DNA from: an uncultured Clostridia bacterium
GTDB taxonomy: Bacteria; Bacillota; Clostridia; Christensenellales; Borkfalkiaceae
NCBI GenBank assembly: GCA_944372075.1
Contig: CALVYJ010000131.1
Span: 1 to 63,584, forward strand
Length of the DNA stretch: 63,584 nt
Direction of reading: 5' to 3'
Part shown: positions 20,285-29,425 of the stretch, piece by piece
Position numbering within the stretch: the stretch's first letter is position 1
Layout: each line of letters begins with the position of its first letter
Program-made: the position numbers and the translations under genes
Notes under the pieces: generated by a model
Database searches by the model: none
Told to the model about the DNA's origin: nothing
Seen by the model: only the letters and a program-made list of their open reading frames with translations

Positions 20285-22497
20285 ATACGACCGTGATATG
20301 TTCGCTTCAAAACTTCCAATTGATGCGCTTTCGATAATTTATGAAAGTTAACGGCATACCCGGAAACGCGTATCGTCACATTCGGATACAATTCCGGATG
20401 TTCCATTGCGGCGACTAATTTTTCCCGATCAAATACGTTAACGTTCAAATGATGTGCCTTTTGCCCGAAGTATCCATCCAACAGATCGGTCAAATTTTCG
20501 ATACGCTCCTCATCATTTTCGCCCAACGCAGACGGAACAATCGAAAACGTATTGGATATTCCGTCCCGGCAACATTCATAAGGAATTTTAGCGACGGAAT
20601 TTAACGAAGCCAATGCGCCGCTCAAATCGCGATTGTGCATCGGATTAGCTCCGGGCGCAAACGCCTCTCCCGCAGCTCGACCGTCCGGCGTTGCTCCCGT
20701 CTTTTTACCATAGACGACATTGGAAGTTATCGTAAGTACAGACAACGTATGAATTGCACCCCGATAGGCAGGCGTCTTTTTAAGCTCATTCGAAAATTCA
20801 CGAACGAGATCTGCCGCAATCGCATCTACACGGTCATCATCGTTCCCATATTTGGGAAATTCCCCTTCGATCTTAAAATCACAAATAATGTCTTGTTCGT
20901 TATAGATCGGCGTAACCTTTGCGTATCGAATGGCTGAAAGCGAATCAACAACAACGGATAACCCCGCCACCCCGCAAGCCAAAAACCTCTCAACTTCCGT
21001 ATCATGCAGAGCCATTTGAATTTTCTCATAAGCATATTTATCGTGCATATAATGGATGACATTCAAAGTATTCACGTACAACCGACACAGCCATTCCATA
21101 TACTTATGATACGCCTTTCGCACGGCATCATAGTCTAAAACGCCCTGGAATCGTTCTCCTTTCGGAGCCAACTGATTTCCGCTTTTTTCATCTTTCCCGC
21201 CATTTAATGCGAGCAAGAGCAATTTTGCCAAATTGCAGCGCGCGCCGAAAAATTGCATCTGCTTCCCTATTTTCATTGCAGACACACAACACGCAATACC
21301 ATAATCGTCGCCATAAATCGGACGCATGATATCATCGTTTTCATACTGAATCGAATCGGTATCAATGCTGACTTTCGCACAGAATTTTTTGAACGGCTCC
21401 GGCAATCTCTCTGACCAAAGCACCGTGAGATTCGGCTCCGGCGCAGCGCCAAGATTATACAGAGTATGCAAAATACGATAACTGGTGCGCGTAACAAGCG
21501 TTCTCCCGTCTTCTCCCATTCCGCCTACGCTTTCCGTTGTCCAAGTAGGATCTCCGCCAAACAAATCATTGTATTCAGGCGTACGAAGTTGGCGCGTTAT
21601 GCGCAATTTAATAACGAAATCATCGATCAACTCTTGTGCGCGTTCCTCTGTCAAAATTCCGTTTTGTATATCTCGCTCAATATAAATATCAAAGAAAGTA
21701 GATACTCTGCCTAAACTCATTGCAGCGCCATTCTGCTCTTTAATCGCCGCCAAATATGCAAAATACGTCCACTGGATAGCTTCTCGCGCATTCTGCGCCG
21801 GCTGCGATATGTCGTATCCGTATAACTGCGCCATTTCTTTCAGCTTTTTCAAAAAGTCGATTTGCTTGTATAATTCTTCAAGCGTACGGATGGTCTGCTC
21901 ATCCATATTGCGCTTGCCGTACTCGTTCTTATCCTTCGTCTTCTCCTCGATCAGTTTATCGACTCCGTACAAAGCGACTCTGCGGTAGTCGCCAATAATA
22001 CGGCCTCGACCATACGCATCCGGAAGTCCCGTCAACAAACCTGCATGCCGTACCGCCTTCATCTCGTCCGTATATACATGAAAAACAGCATCGTTGTGCG
22101 TTGTCTTATAACTAAATTCCGTCTCAACCGTATCGGACAACTTATATCCGTACGCTTCGCAGGATTGCCGCGCCATACGAATCCCTCCAAACGGGTTGAC
22201 GCCCCTCTTCAAAGGCGCATCCGTCTGCAGGCCTACAATAATTTCGTTATCCTTATCTATGTACCCGGCCGGATACGTCAAAAGAGAGGATACTCGTTCC
22301 GTGTCAACATCCAATACGCCGCCCTTATCGCTCTCCTCTTTTAATAAAGCACGCACCTTTTCCATCATCGCCTTCGTACGCGCCGTCGGAGCACACAGAA
22401 ACGATCCGTCTCCTTCATACGGCACATAATTTGTCTGAATAAAATTGCGCACGTCGATACGGCTTTGATACGTCCCTTCCTTAAATGCTCTTTCCAT
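20281..22497 (-). CDS. pflB: pyruvate formate-lyase
   Basis: [23 protein letters not shown], glycyl-radical motif RVSGYAV; SD GAGGAG before MERAFKEG. Confidence 0.97.
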   Translation of the reverse strand: MERAFKEGTYQSRIDVRNFIQTNYVPYEGDGSFLCAPTARTKAMMEKVRALLKEESDKGGVLDVDTERVSSLLTYPAGYIDKDNEIIVGLQTDAPLKRGVNPFGGIRMARQSCEAYGYKLSDTVETEFSYKTTHNDAVFHVYTDEMKAVRHAGLLTGLPDAYGRGRIIGDYRRVALYGVDKLIEEKTKDKNEYGKRNMDEQTIRTLEELYKQIDFLKKLKEMAQLYGYDISQPAQNAREAIQWTYFAYLAAIKEQNGAAMSLGRVSTFFDIYIERDIQNGILTEERAQELIDDFVIKLRITRQLRTPEYNDLFGGDPTWTTESVGGMGEDGRTLVTRTSYRILHTLYNLGAAPEPNLTVLWSERLPEPFKKFCAKVSIDTDSIQYENDDIMRPIYGDDYGIACCVSAMKIGKQMQFFGARCNLAKLLLLALNGGKDEKSGNQLAPKGERFQGVLDYDAVRKAYHKYMEWLCRLYVNTLNVIHYMHDKYAYEKIQMALHDTEVERFLACGVAGLSVVVDSLSAIRYAKVTPIYNEQDIICDFKIEGEFPKYGNDDDRVDAIAADLVREFSNELKKTPAYRGAIHTLSVLTITSNVVYGKKTGATPDGRAAGEAFAPGANPMHNRDLSGALASLNSVAKIPYECCRDGISNTFSIVPSALGENDEERIENLTDLLDGYFGQKAHHLNVNVFDREKLVAAMEHPELYPNVTIRVSGYAVNFHKLSKAHQLEVLKRTYHGRI

Positions 22498-22521
22498 TTC
22501 TCCAATCTCCTCGTTCAACAT

Positions 22522-22553
22522 AAAAAAACCGGGCAGCTCAAAATTTGCTGCCC
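22522..22553 (-). terminator. expression-platform terminator of the ZTP riboswitch
   Basis: GGGCAGC-loop-GCTGCCC GG TTTTTTT; the 5' arm overlaps the 3' end of the aptamer. Confidence 0.85.
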
Positions 22554-22622
22554 AGGTGGTCGGCTCTGTCACTTTTCGCTCCCCCGCAGTTTATCCTCTG
22601 CAATTCCACCAGTTGCGAAAAG
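22548..22622 (-). ncRNA. ZMP/ZTP riboswitch (pfl motif)
   Basis: Minus strand TTTTCGCAACTGGTGGAA...GGGAGCGAAAA...GCCGACCACCTGGGC; P1 TTTTCGC/GCGAAAA; pseudoknot GGTGG/CCACC; directly upstream of pflB. Confidence 0.9.
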
Positions 22623-22634
22623 CCGTCGTTTATG

Positions 22635-22650
22635 ACACAAGATATTGTGT
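22635..22650. promoter_or_regulatory. NrdR-box-like palindrome
   Basis: ACACAATATCTTGTGT, one mismatch from acaCwAtATaTwGtgt. Confidence 0.65.
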
Positions 22651-22670
22651 CCAACATTTTTATTGCTTAC

Positions 22671-22699
22671 AGTATACTCGATATCTGCCTTTTTGTCAA
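22671..22699 (-). promoter_or_regulatory. sigA promoter of pflBA
   Basis: TTGACA-N17-TATACT. Confidence 0.8.
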
Positions 22700-22759
22700 C
22701 AAAATCACGAGAAAAATATACCGCCGTTTTTCGATGTATATTCCTCGTAAACATTTCAA

Positions 22760-24706
22760 TCAGCCGCCGCTTTGTGTATCCAAATAATTTTGCAATAAAT
22801 ATTTTAACCCCGACAGCTGAATTTGTAAGTCCTTTCCAGTATCCGTGTCGCGAACCAACAATCGATTTTGCCGCGTCTCAAAGACAGTAACCTCCGAATG
22901 AATATCGCTGCGCTGTTCGATAGCTTTTTCGATCGTATCGAACGGCTCGTGCGCACATAGTCGCAAACCATGCGAATTATAAATCAAGGTGTACCCGGCA
23001 ATACCTGTCTTTTCGTGATATGCTTTGCAAAATCCGCCGTCGATAACAATGAGCTTTCCTTCGGCCTTTATCGGATTTTCCCCAAGTTTTGTGCGAACCG
23101 GAACATGTCCGTTTACAATATGACTGTACTTGCCTGAAATTCCGAAATCTTTTAATATCTTTTCGCAAAAATCTTTCTTTTTACACCATATATAATAGCT
23201 GTTATCCGGCTCAATATGATATGCCGGATCATCAATATAGAGGCGCTCGAACGTCGTCAGTTTTTCGCGCCCGTAGAGAGGCGAACAACGTCCGCACCAT
23301 AAATAAAAGAAAAAATCCAGCGCCTGCAAATCCTCTTTTCCGTTCCGAAATGCAGTATATGCGCGGCGAACCATTTTATCGCAGTAATCCAACAGACCTC
23401 TGCCCTCATAGCCGCAGAAATTCATATAGCTTCCGTCCGGCTCAAGAGATACGCATCCATGAAAGATTAAATTGTTATTGCAGATCTTATAGGCAGATCC
23501 GCGACGCACTAAAAAGGCTATATGACGGGACAACTTTTCACTTGTTTGAAACGAACGCCGCAACGCATTGACGATATCTCTTTCCGCTGCCGTAAAACGC
23601 AGCGGATTTTTTCGATCGACATTTGGGAAAGATAAGCTATTCAACCGTATTCCTTCCAGTTCGCCCTTTGTAAAATCAATTCTTTTGAGAATATTGCGCT
23701 CATCCAAACCATATTCCGGATGCCGATCAATAATCTCTCCCTCCGCCTTTAATTGCATTAAAAAAGCCGCTTTTCGCATTTTTGCCGTCAATCGTTCTTC
23801 TTCGCCGGCTGTTTTCGGATCCACGCCCACCGGATAAAAACGAGAGTCATCATCCATCTCTTCAGACGCATATGTGGAAAGACGTCGTAAAGATATTCCA
23901 TAACCTTCTTCCAACAAATCGGCATTGTTGTATTTTAAGGAAATATCTATAACGCTGAAAATGCACGCCAAATTTCCCATATGCGCGCCCATCCATTGGA
24001 TATCGTGATTTCCCCATTGGATATCGGCATTGTGATGATGTATCAGTAAATCTAATATTTTATCCGGATTCTCTCCCCGATCAAATACATCTCCGACAAT
24101 ATGTAAAGAATCAACGGCTAACCGCTTTATCAATTCCGTCATTGCAATAACAAAAGCCTCGGCACGATTTAATTCGATGATCGATTTGAAAATTTCGCCG
24201 TAGTAAGCTTCTTTGTCAAAATCGTCTCGATCCATATTGATCAGTTCGTCAATTATGTAATCAAAATATTTTGGCAAAGCCTTACGAACTTTGCTTCGCG
24301 TATATTTTGATGCAACCGATCGACACACTTCAACCAATCTATGCAATTGTACCAAATACCAATCTTTGTCGTCGCTCCCTTGCGCCTTTTTTTCCGCTAT
24401 TATCTCCGCAGGATAATAAATAAATGTTGAAAATTCGTCTCTTTCCCGTTTTGTCATAGATTGTCCAAACAGACGTTCTACCTTTTCGCGTATGACGCCC
24501 GAACAATTATTCATAATATGACAAAATGCTTCATACTCCCCATGCAAATCGCTCAAAAAGTGCTCCGTCCCTTTCGGAAGACGCAATATGGCTTCTAAAT
24601 TGATCATCTCTGTTGCCGCTGCCTGCACCGTCGGATACTTTTCTGATAACAGACGTAAATACTCACGGTCTATACGCTGTTGGTCGATTGCTTCTGTCAT
24701 TCGCAC
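22760..24706 (-). CDS. fbp: fructose-1,6-bisphosphatase class III
   Basis: LPKGTEHFLSDLHGEYEAF, GDVFDRG, QWGNHD, NGHVPV, IDGGFCKAY. Confidence 0.95.
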   Translation of the reverse strand: MRMTEAIDQQRIDREYLRLLSEKYPTVQAAATEMINLEAILRLPKGTEHFLSDLHGEYEAFCHIMNNCSGVIREKVERLFGQSMTKRERDEFSTFIYYPAEIIAEKKAQGSDDKDWYLVQLHRLVEVCRSVASKYTRSKVRKALPKYFDYIIDELINMDRDDFDKEAYYGEIFKSIIELNRAEAFVIAMTELIKRLAVDSLHIVGDVFDRGENPDKILDLLIHHHNADIQWGNHDIQWMGAHMGNLACIFSVIDISLKYNNADLLEEGYGISLRRLSTYASEEMDDDSRFYPVGVDPKTAGEEERLTAKMRKAAFLMQLKAEGEIIDRHPEYGLDERNILKRIDFTKGELEGIRLNSLSFPNVDRKNPLRFTAAERDIVNALRRSFQTSEKLSRHIAFLVRRGSAYKICNNNLIFHGCVSLEPDGSYMNFCGYEGRGLLDYCDKMVRRAYTAFRNGKEDLQALDFFFYLWCGRCSPLYGREKLTTFERLYIDDPAYHIEPDNSYYIWCKKKDFCEKILKDFGISGKYSHIVNGHVPVRTKLGENPIKAEGKLIVIDGGFCKAYHEKTGIAGYTLIYNSHGLRLCAHEPFDTIEKAIEQRSDIHSEVTVFETRQNRLLVRDTDTGKDLQIQLSGLKYLLQNYLDTQSGG

Positions 24707-24756
24707 TCCCCTTTCGTTTTTCTTTTATTATACACTAAATTGCTTCGTTTTCAAAC

Positions 24757-24805
24757 AAATTGCCGCCAAAAAAATGCTCTGAACAATTTTTTTTGGCGGC
24801 AATTT
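24757..24805. terminator. terminator-like long inverted repeat after the sensor kinase
   Basis: AAATTGCCGCCAAAAAAA / TTTTTTTGGCGGCAATTT. Confidence 0.7.
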
Positions 24806-24859
24806 ATAGCTTTACGAAACACCTTGACTCAAAACCCGCGCACTCCCGCTGCTTGGATT

Positions 24860-26356
24860 TTATTTCTCCGGGAAAACAACATAAAACGTACTGCCCTTGC
24901 CGACTTCGCTTTCCACCCCAAACGCAAAATTGTGCTTAAGTAAAATAGTTTTGACAATGGATAGTCCCAAGCCTGTTCCTTTGATCGGCCTTTTATGCGT
25001 TTCTGCGGAACGATAGTATCGATCCCAGATCGTGTTGATTTCTTCCTGTGCAATCCCTTTGCCGGTATCCGCAACTCGAAAATACAGCTGATTTCCCTCG
25101 CGCTTAAGTCCGACTGTAATATGTTTATCTTCCCCTGTATAATTCACTGCATTTCCGACCAAATTATAGATCACTTGCTCGATTTTTTCACAATCCGCTT
25201 CCGTATACAGATCATCTTCAATCTCGCGAACAATCGTAAACCCTTGCGTTTCCGTCAGATAATCGAATCTTTCCAAGACCGTATGCACAAACTCCGACAA
25301 ATTAAACGTCGTCAATTTCAACGTGTCCATCCCGGAACGTATTTTGGATAAATTCAAAATATCGTTTACAAGCGAAGTTAACCGATCGGATTCGTCTATA
25401 ATAACTTGCGTATGCTTTGTCCGTTTTTCAGGATCATCTCCGGAAATTTCTTGAATCATAGAAGCATATGCTTTAATCATCGTCAAGGGCGTCTTAAGAT
25501 CATGGGTTACGTTTGCCAATACCTCTTTCTGCAACTGATCCGACTTTCCGATCTCTTCTTTTGCGTAGTCCAATGTTTCCGCCAGCGCATCCATTTCCGC
25601 ATAAGAATATTCTCCTTTGAAATTCACCGAAAAATCCCCTGCCGCCATCCTCTGCGCCGCACGCGATATGCGCGTAATCGGTTTTGTCAATTTCATCGAC
25701 AATAATACCGATATAATCAATGCCAAAAAAATTACGATCACGGAAATAAGGATCAACTGTATTCGCATCGTTCCCATGACCGTCTGCGTCAACGTTGTCG
25801 AATATTCAATATACAGAAATACACCGTCCGTTCCGTCCGCCTCCGCCATCAATTGAGGGTTCCCCATATAAGCAATATACGCCATCGCTTCGGAATCATT
25901 TTTCAAACACATTCCTCTGCTCGTATTTACTCCGCTTTCAATCGCTGCATAAAATTTTTCCTGCGCCTTTTTGAAATTGTTTGAAGTTTCCGAATATTCC
26001 GTTAACCCGCTATCGCTAATTAAATAGGCATATACATCTACATCATTCGAAATCGGATATATGACATTCCCGTCGGCAGCATACAAGTATATGGTCGCAA
26101 ACCGATCATCCAGCTCCAACATCTCCACACACCGCTCGATGTCTCCTATATTCTCTTGGACGGGCAATTCTGTATGCAACTTATCCAGCGCAAGTTTTCC
26201 TATCGTATCTAAATCGTCCTCCGTTTGCACCCCTAAAAATACGCGCAATAATGTAGTTTGAAAAATCCAGGTAAACAAAATGATAAACGCCGCAAAAACA
26301 AGAAAAGTCAACCACAATATAAAATTTATGCTATGAAAATGCTTAACCTTTCTCAT
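24860..26356 (-). CDS. membrane sensor histidine kinase (HAMP-HisKA-HATPase)
   Basis: 2 TM, HAMP, H-box THDLKTPL, N-box NLVGNA, DTGKGI, GTGLGL. Confidence 0.95.
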   Translation of the reverse strand: MRKVKHFHSINFILWLTFLVFAAFIILFTWIFQTTLLRVFLGVQTEDDLDTIGKLALDKLHTELPVQENIGDIERCVEMLELDDRFATIYLYAADGNVIYPISNDVDVYAYLISDSGLTEYSETSNNFKKAQEKFYAAIESGVNTSRGMCLKNDSEAMAYIAYMGNPQLMAEADGTDGVFLYIEYSTTLTQTVMGTMRIQLILISVIVIFLALIISVLLSMKLTKPITRISRAAQRMAAGDFSVNFKGEYSYAEMDALAETLDYAKEEIGKSDQLQKEVLANVTHDLKTPLTMIKAYASMIQEISGDDPEKRTKHTQVIIDESDRLTSLVNDILNLSKIRSGMDTLKLTTFNLSEFVHTVLERFDYLTETQGFTIVREIEDDLYTEADCEKIEQVIYNLVGNAVNYTGEDKHITVGLKREGNQLYFRVADTGKGIAQEEINTIWDRYYRSAETHKRPIKGTGLGLSIVKTILLKHNFAFGVESEVGKGSTFYVVFPEK

Positions 26357-27021
26357 GCTTCAAATTTATATCCCAACCCCCTGAGCGTAATTATAAATTT
26401 ACGATACTCTTTCAAACTGCTTCTCAACATCTTGATATGCGTGTCAACCGTGCGATCATCGCCGTAAAAATCAAACCCCCAAACATCGGAAAGCAACTTC
26501 TCTCTCGATAACGCGATTCCGTTGTTTTTGACCAGATAAAACAACAGCTCATATTCCTTCGGCGTAAGCTCCAGTTTCGCTCCGTCTACATAAACGTTTC
26601 GACCTTTCATATCAATTTCCAGCCCCTCAAACTTCATAACTTCCCGTAAATCCATGCCTCCCGACTTATGACGCTTGGTGACTGCCGCGATTCTGGCCAT
26701 GACCTCCTTCGGTGAAAAAGGTTTTGTTACATAATCATCCGCCCCGACTTCAAAGCCGAATAATTTGTCATATTCCTCTCCTCGAGCAGACAACATTATG
26801 ACCGGAATATCTTTGAACTTCCGTATCTCTTTTACCGCAGAAAACCCATCCAGCGACGGCATCATGACATCCATCAAAATAATGTCATAATCATTTTCGC
26901 GACACATTTTCACCGCTTGAATCCCGTCCGGCGCTTCAAATGCCTGATTCCCTTCAAACTCAATATATTCTTTTAAGACATTTCGAATCATCTCTTCATC
27001 GTCTACAATCAATACACGCAT
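26353..27021 (-). CDS. OmpR/PhoB-family response regulator
   Basis: VDDE, MDVMMP, GADDYVTKPF, winged helix LTPKEYELL...RTVDTHIK...RGLGY. Confidence 0.96.
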   Translation of the reverse strand: MRVLIVDDEEMIRNVLKEYIEFEGNQAFEAPDGIQAVKMCRENDYDIILMDVMMPSLDGFSAVKEIRKFKDIPVIMLSARGEEYDKLFGFEVGADDYVTKPFSPKEVMARIAAVTKRHKSGGMDLREVMKFEGLEIDMKGRNVYVDGAKLELTPKEYELLFYLVKNNGIALSREKLLSDVWGFDFYGDDRTVDTHIKMLRSSLKEYRKFIITLRGLGYKFEA

Positions 27022-27133
27022 AACTTCCCTCCCAGTATCCTACACTTTTCATTATTTTACTTCACTATTATTATTATAACACTATCAATAAATGAAAAAC
27101 AAGTGAAATTTATATTTTTAGTCGATAAAAATA

Positions 27134-27173
27134 CAAACAAATGTTTGACTTTTTTCCGCCAGAGCATTATACT
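27134..27173 (+). promoter_or_regulatory. sigA promoter with an overlapping SOS-box-like palindrome
   Basis: TTGACT(27145)-N17-TATACT(27168); CAAAC-AAAT-GTTTG at 27134-27147. Confidence 0.6.
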
Positions 27174-27200
27174 ATAAAAAACGGATGGAGGGAATTCATT

Positions 27201-28463
27201 GTGATCGATGCGAACCGACTGAAAATTTTGACGGAAAGCGCAAAATATGACGTATCCTGCTCCTCCTCCGGCTCAACACGAGCAAATCGAAAGGGAGGCA
27301 TCGGAAATGCGAGCATCGGAGGAATCTGTCATTCCTTTACCCCGGACGGGCGGTGTATTTCTCTTTTGAAACTGCTGCTCAGCAATCGTTGCATTTACAA
27401 TTGCCTGTATTGCCCCAATCGAGCGGAGGCGGACGTCCCTCGGGCGAGCGCAACTCCGGAAGAAATATGCGAACTGGTACTTTCTTTCTATAAGCGAAAT
27501 TATATTGAGGGTTTATTTCTTTCTTCCGCCGTGGATCGTTCCCCCGATCATACGATGGAATTGCTGATCGATACCGTAATACGATTGCGCAAAGTATATC
27601 GCTTTAACGGATATATTCACCTGAAAGGCATTCCGTATGCGGATAAAGCTCTTATATCGCGGGCGGCAAGGTACGTCGATCGAATGAGCTATAATATCGA
27701 ATTGCCGTCGGAGCACAGTTTGAAATTGCTTGCACCGCAGAAAAGCAAAGAAAGTTTACTCATGCCGATACGCCAACTGGCAACGGAAAAATTTGTCTTT
27801 GATCAAGAAAAAAAAGGCAAACATTCGACACGTTTTCTCCCCGCCGGTCAAACCACGCAAATGATCGTAGGCGCATCGCCGGAATCGGACGGTCAAATAT
27901 TGCGATTAAGCGAAGCATTTTATCGTAAATTTTCAATGAAACGCGTTTATTATTCTTCGTATGTGCCCGTTGTGCATCATGCTCTGTTGCCGAAAAAATG
28001 TACTGGATTGCTTCGGGAGCATCGCTTGTATCAAGCCGATTGGCTTATGCGCTTTTACGGATTTACAGCCGACGAAATTGCAGGCACTTCAGAAAATTTG
28101 CCCGAAGAATATGATCCGAAATGCGCTTGGGCGCTTAAAAATATGCATTTGTTCCCCGTGGAGATCAATTCCGCTCCGTTAGAGATGCTCTTACGAGTAC
28201 CCGGAATCGGAAATTTAGGCGCCTATAAAATATTGAAAGCCAGAAAATTCTCCAGCCTGGGATTCGAAGATTTAACCAAAATGCGCATCGTTTTGAAACG
28301 AGCAAAACATTTTATAACCTGCAACGGAAAATTTTTCGGAAGTGAAAATATATCAACCGTAAAAACAATGTTGGCGCTGGAAGCGCACGAAGAAAAATAT
28401 GAACAGCTTTCGATGTTCTCCACCCCGGAAACTTCCGTCAGCGCCTTAACAGGACAATTATGA
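27201..28463 (+). CDS. putative DNA modification/repair radical SAM protein (TIGR03916-like)
   Basis: AKYDVSCSSSG, GICHSFTPDGRCISLLK, CIYNCLYC, REHRLYQADWL, HhH RVPGIG; GTG start with SD GGAGG. Confidence 0.92.
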   Translation: MIDANRLKILTESAKYDVSCSSSGSTRANRKGGIGNASIGGICHSFTPDGRCISLLKLLLSNRCIYNCLYCPNRAEADVPRASATPEEICELVLSFYKRNYIEGLFLSSAVDRSPDHTMELLIDTVIRLRKVYRFNGYIHLKGIPYADKALISRAARYVDRMSYNIELPSEHSLKLLAPQKSKESLLMPIRQLATEKFVFDQEKKGKHSTRFLPAGQTTQMIVGASPESDGQILRLSEAFYRKFSMKRVYYSSYVPVVHHALLPKKCTGLLREHRLYQADWLMRFYGFTADEIAGTSENLPEEYDPKCAWALKNMHLFPVEINSAPLEMLLRVPGIGNLGAYKILKARKFSSLGFEDLTKMRIVLKRAKHFITCNGKFFGSENISTVKTMLALEAHEEKYEQLSMFSTPETSVSALTGQL

Positions 28464-29200
28464 ATGTTTATATCCTCGACGGCACAGAAAACATGTTTTA
28501 TTCTGCCGTATTTTTTGCTTACTCGGATGCGGACTGCATCCTGTCTTCCGCAAAAAATATTCAGCTCACATTAGACGCACGGATTATAACGGTCGAATAC
28601 GAGGAAGACAAATGCGAACGCGTCAAAAAGAAGATTGCACAATATGACCCGAAGGCCCTTTCCGATATTGCATTGATCTTGAAAAGAGGCTGTGACACCA
28701 AAGAAATGACAGCATTGCAATATATTCGTTTAATCTTAAAAAACCGAGCGCCTGTCCGCGATCAGCTCTCCCATCCTATGGTAATCGAGGCAATGGACGA
28801 ACGTGACAAGGTTACGTTGGAAGCGCACCGGTTTAAGGGCTTTTTGCGGTTTATGGAAGGTGATCACGGAATTATGTACGCGCCGTTTTCACCCGACAAC
28901 GATATTTTGGAATTGATTCTCCCCCACTTCTTACGCAGACTGACCACGCAGCCTTTTATTATTCACGACACTCTGCGCCATAAAGCGGCGCTTTGGAACG
29001 GAAAAGAGTGCGCCATTGCCCAAACGGATGATCGAATCAGCGTTCGATTTTCTCCGGATGAAGAAAACTTTCAACATCTTTGGCAAGAATATTATTGCGC
29101 GGTAAATATTGCGCAAAGACCGCACGAAAAACAAATGAAAGGCTATATGCCGGTTCGGTATTGGAAATTTATGCCGGAAAAAAACCCCGGATTGCGTTAG
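28460..29200 (+). CDS. putative DNA repair partner protein (TIGR03915/DUF4130-like)
   Basis: EAHRFKGFLRF, P.NDIL, FIIHD, LWQEYY, MPVRYWKFMPE; ATGA overlap with the radical SAM gene. Confidence 0.88.
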   Translation: MNVYILDGTENMFYSAVFFAYSDADCILSSAKNIQLTLDARIITVEYEEDKCERVKKKIAQYDPKALSDIALILKRGCDTKEMTALQYIRLILKNRAPVRDQLSHPMVIEAMDERDKVTLEAHRFKGFLRFMEGDHGIMYAPFSPDNDILELILPHFLRRLTTQPFIIHDTLRHKAALWNGKECAIAQTDDRISVRFSPDEENFQHLWQEYYCAVNIAQRPHEKQMKGYMPVRYWKFMPEKNPGLR

Positions 29201-29353
29201 TATCTTACGGCGGCATCGTTCAGGCGACTTCCGCCGCAAAACCCGTCGTTAAAATACTGCGGGTTTGACCTCTTTCGACGCCTTTAACGATTTCAACGCA
29301 AAACGCAAAGCGATCCCGTTTTCCTGACGGCATCTACATCGGTAACATATACT

Positions 29354-29396
29354 AGAAGGCGGCTTTTCGCAATTATCTTGCGAAAAGCCGCCTTCT
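29354..29396. terminator. bidirectional terminator (19-bp perfect inverted repeat)
   Basis: AGAAGGCGGCTTTTCGCAA-ttatc-TTGCGAAAAGCCGCCTTCT between convergent operons. Confidence 0.85.
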
Positions 29397-29425
29397 TTAA
29401 TTTCCAAATTTACTATACTGTTTTA

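Noticed and set aside
22498-22890. pflB extension and several short ORFs over the pfl leader
   Set aside because: The region is explained by the promoter, riboswitch and terminator.
29201-29345. Short GC-rich hairpins after the TIGR03915-like gene
   Set aside because: No promoter and no match to an RNA family I recognise; probably 3' UTR structure.
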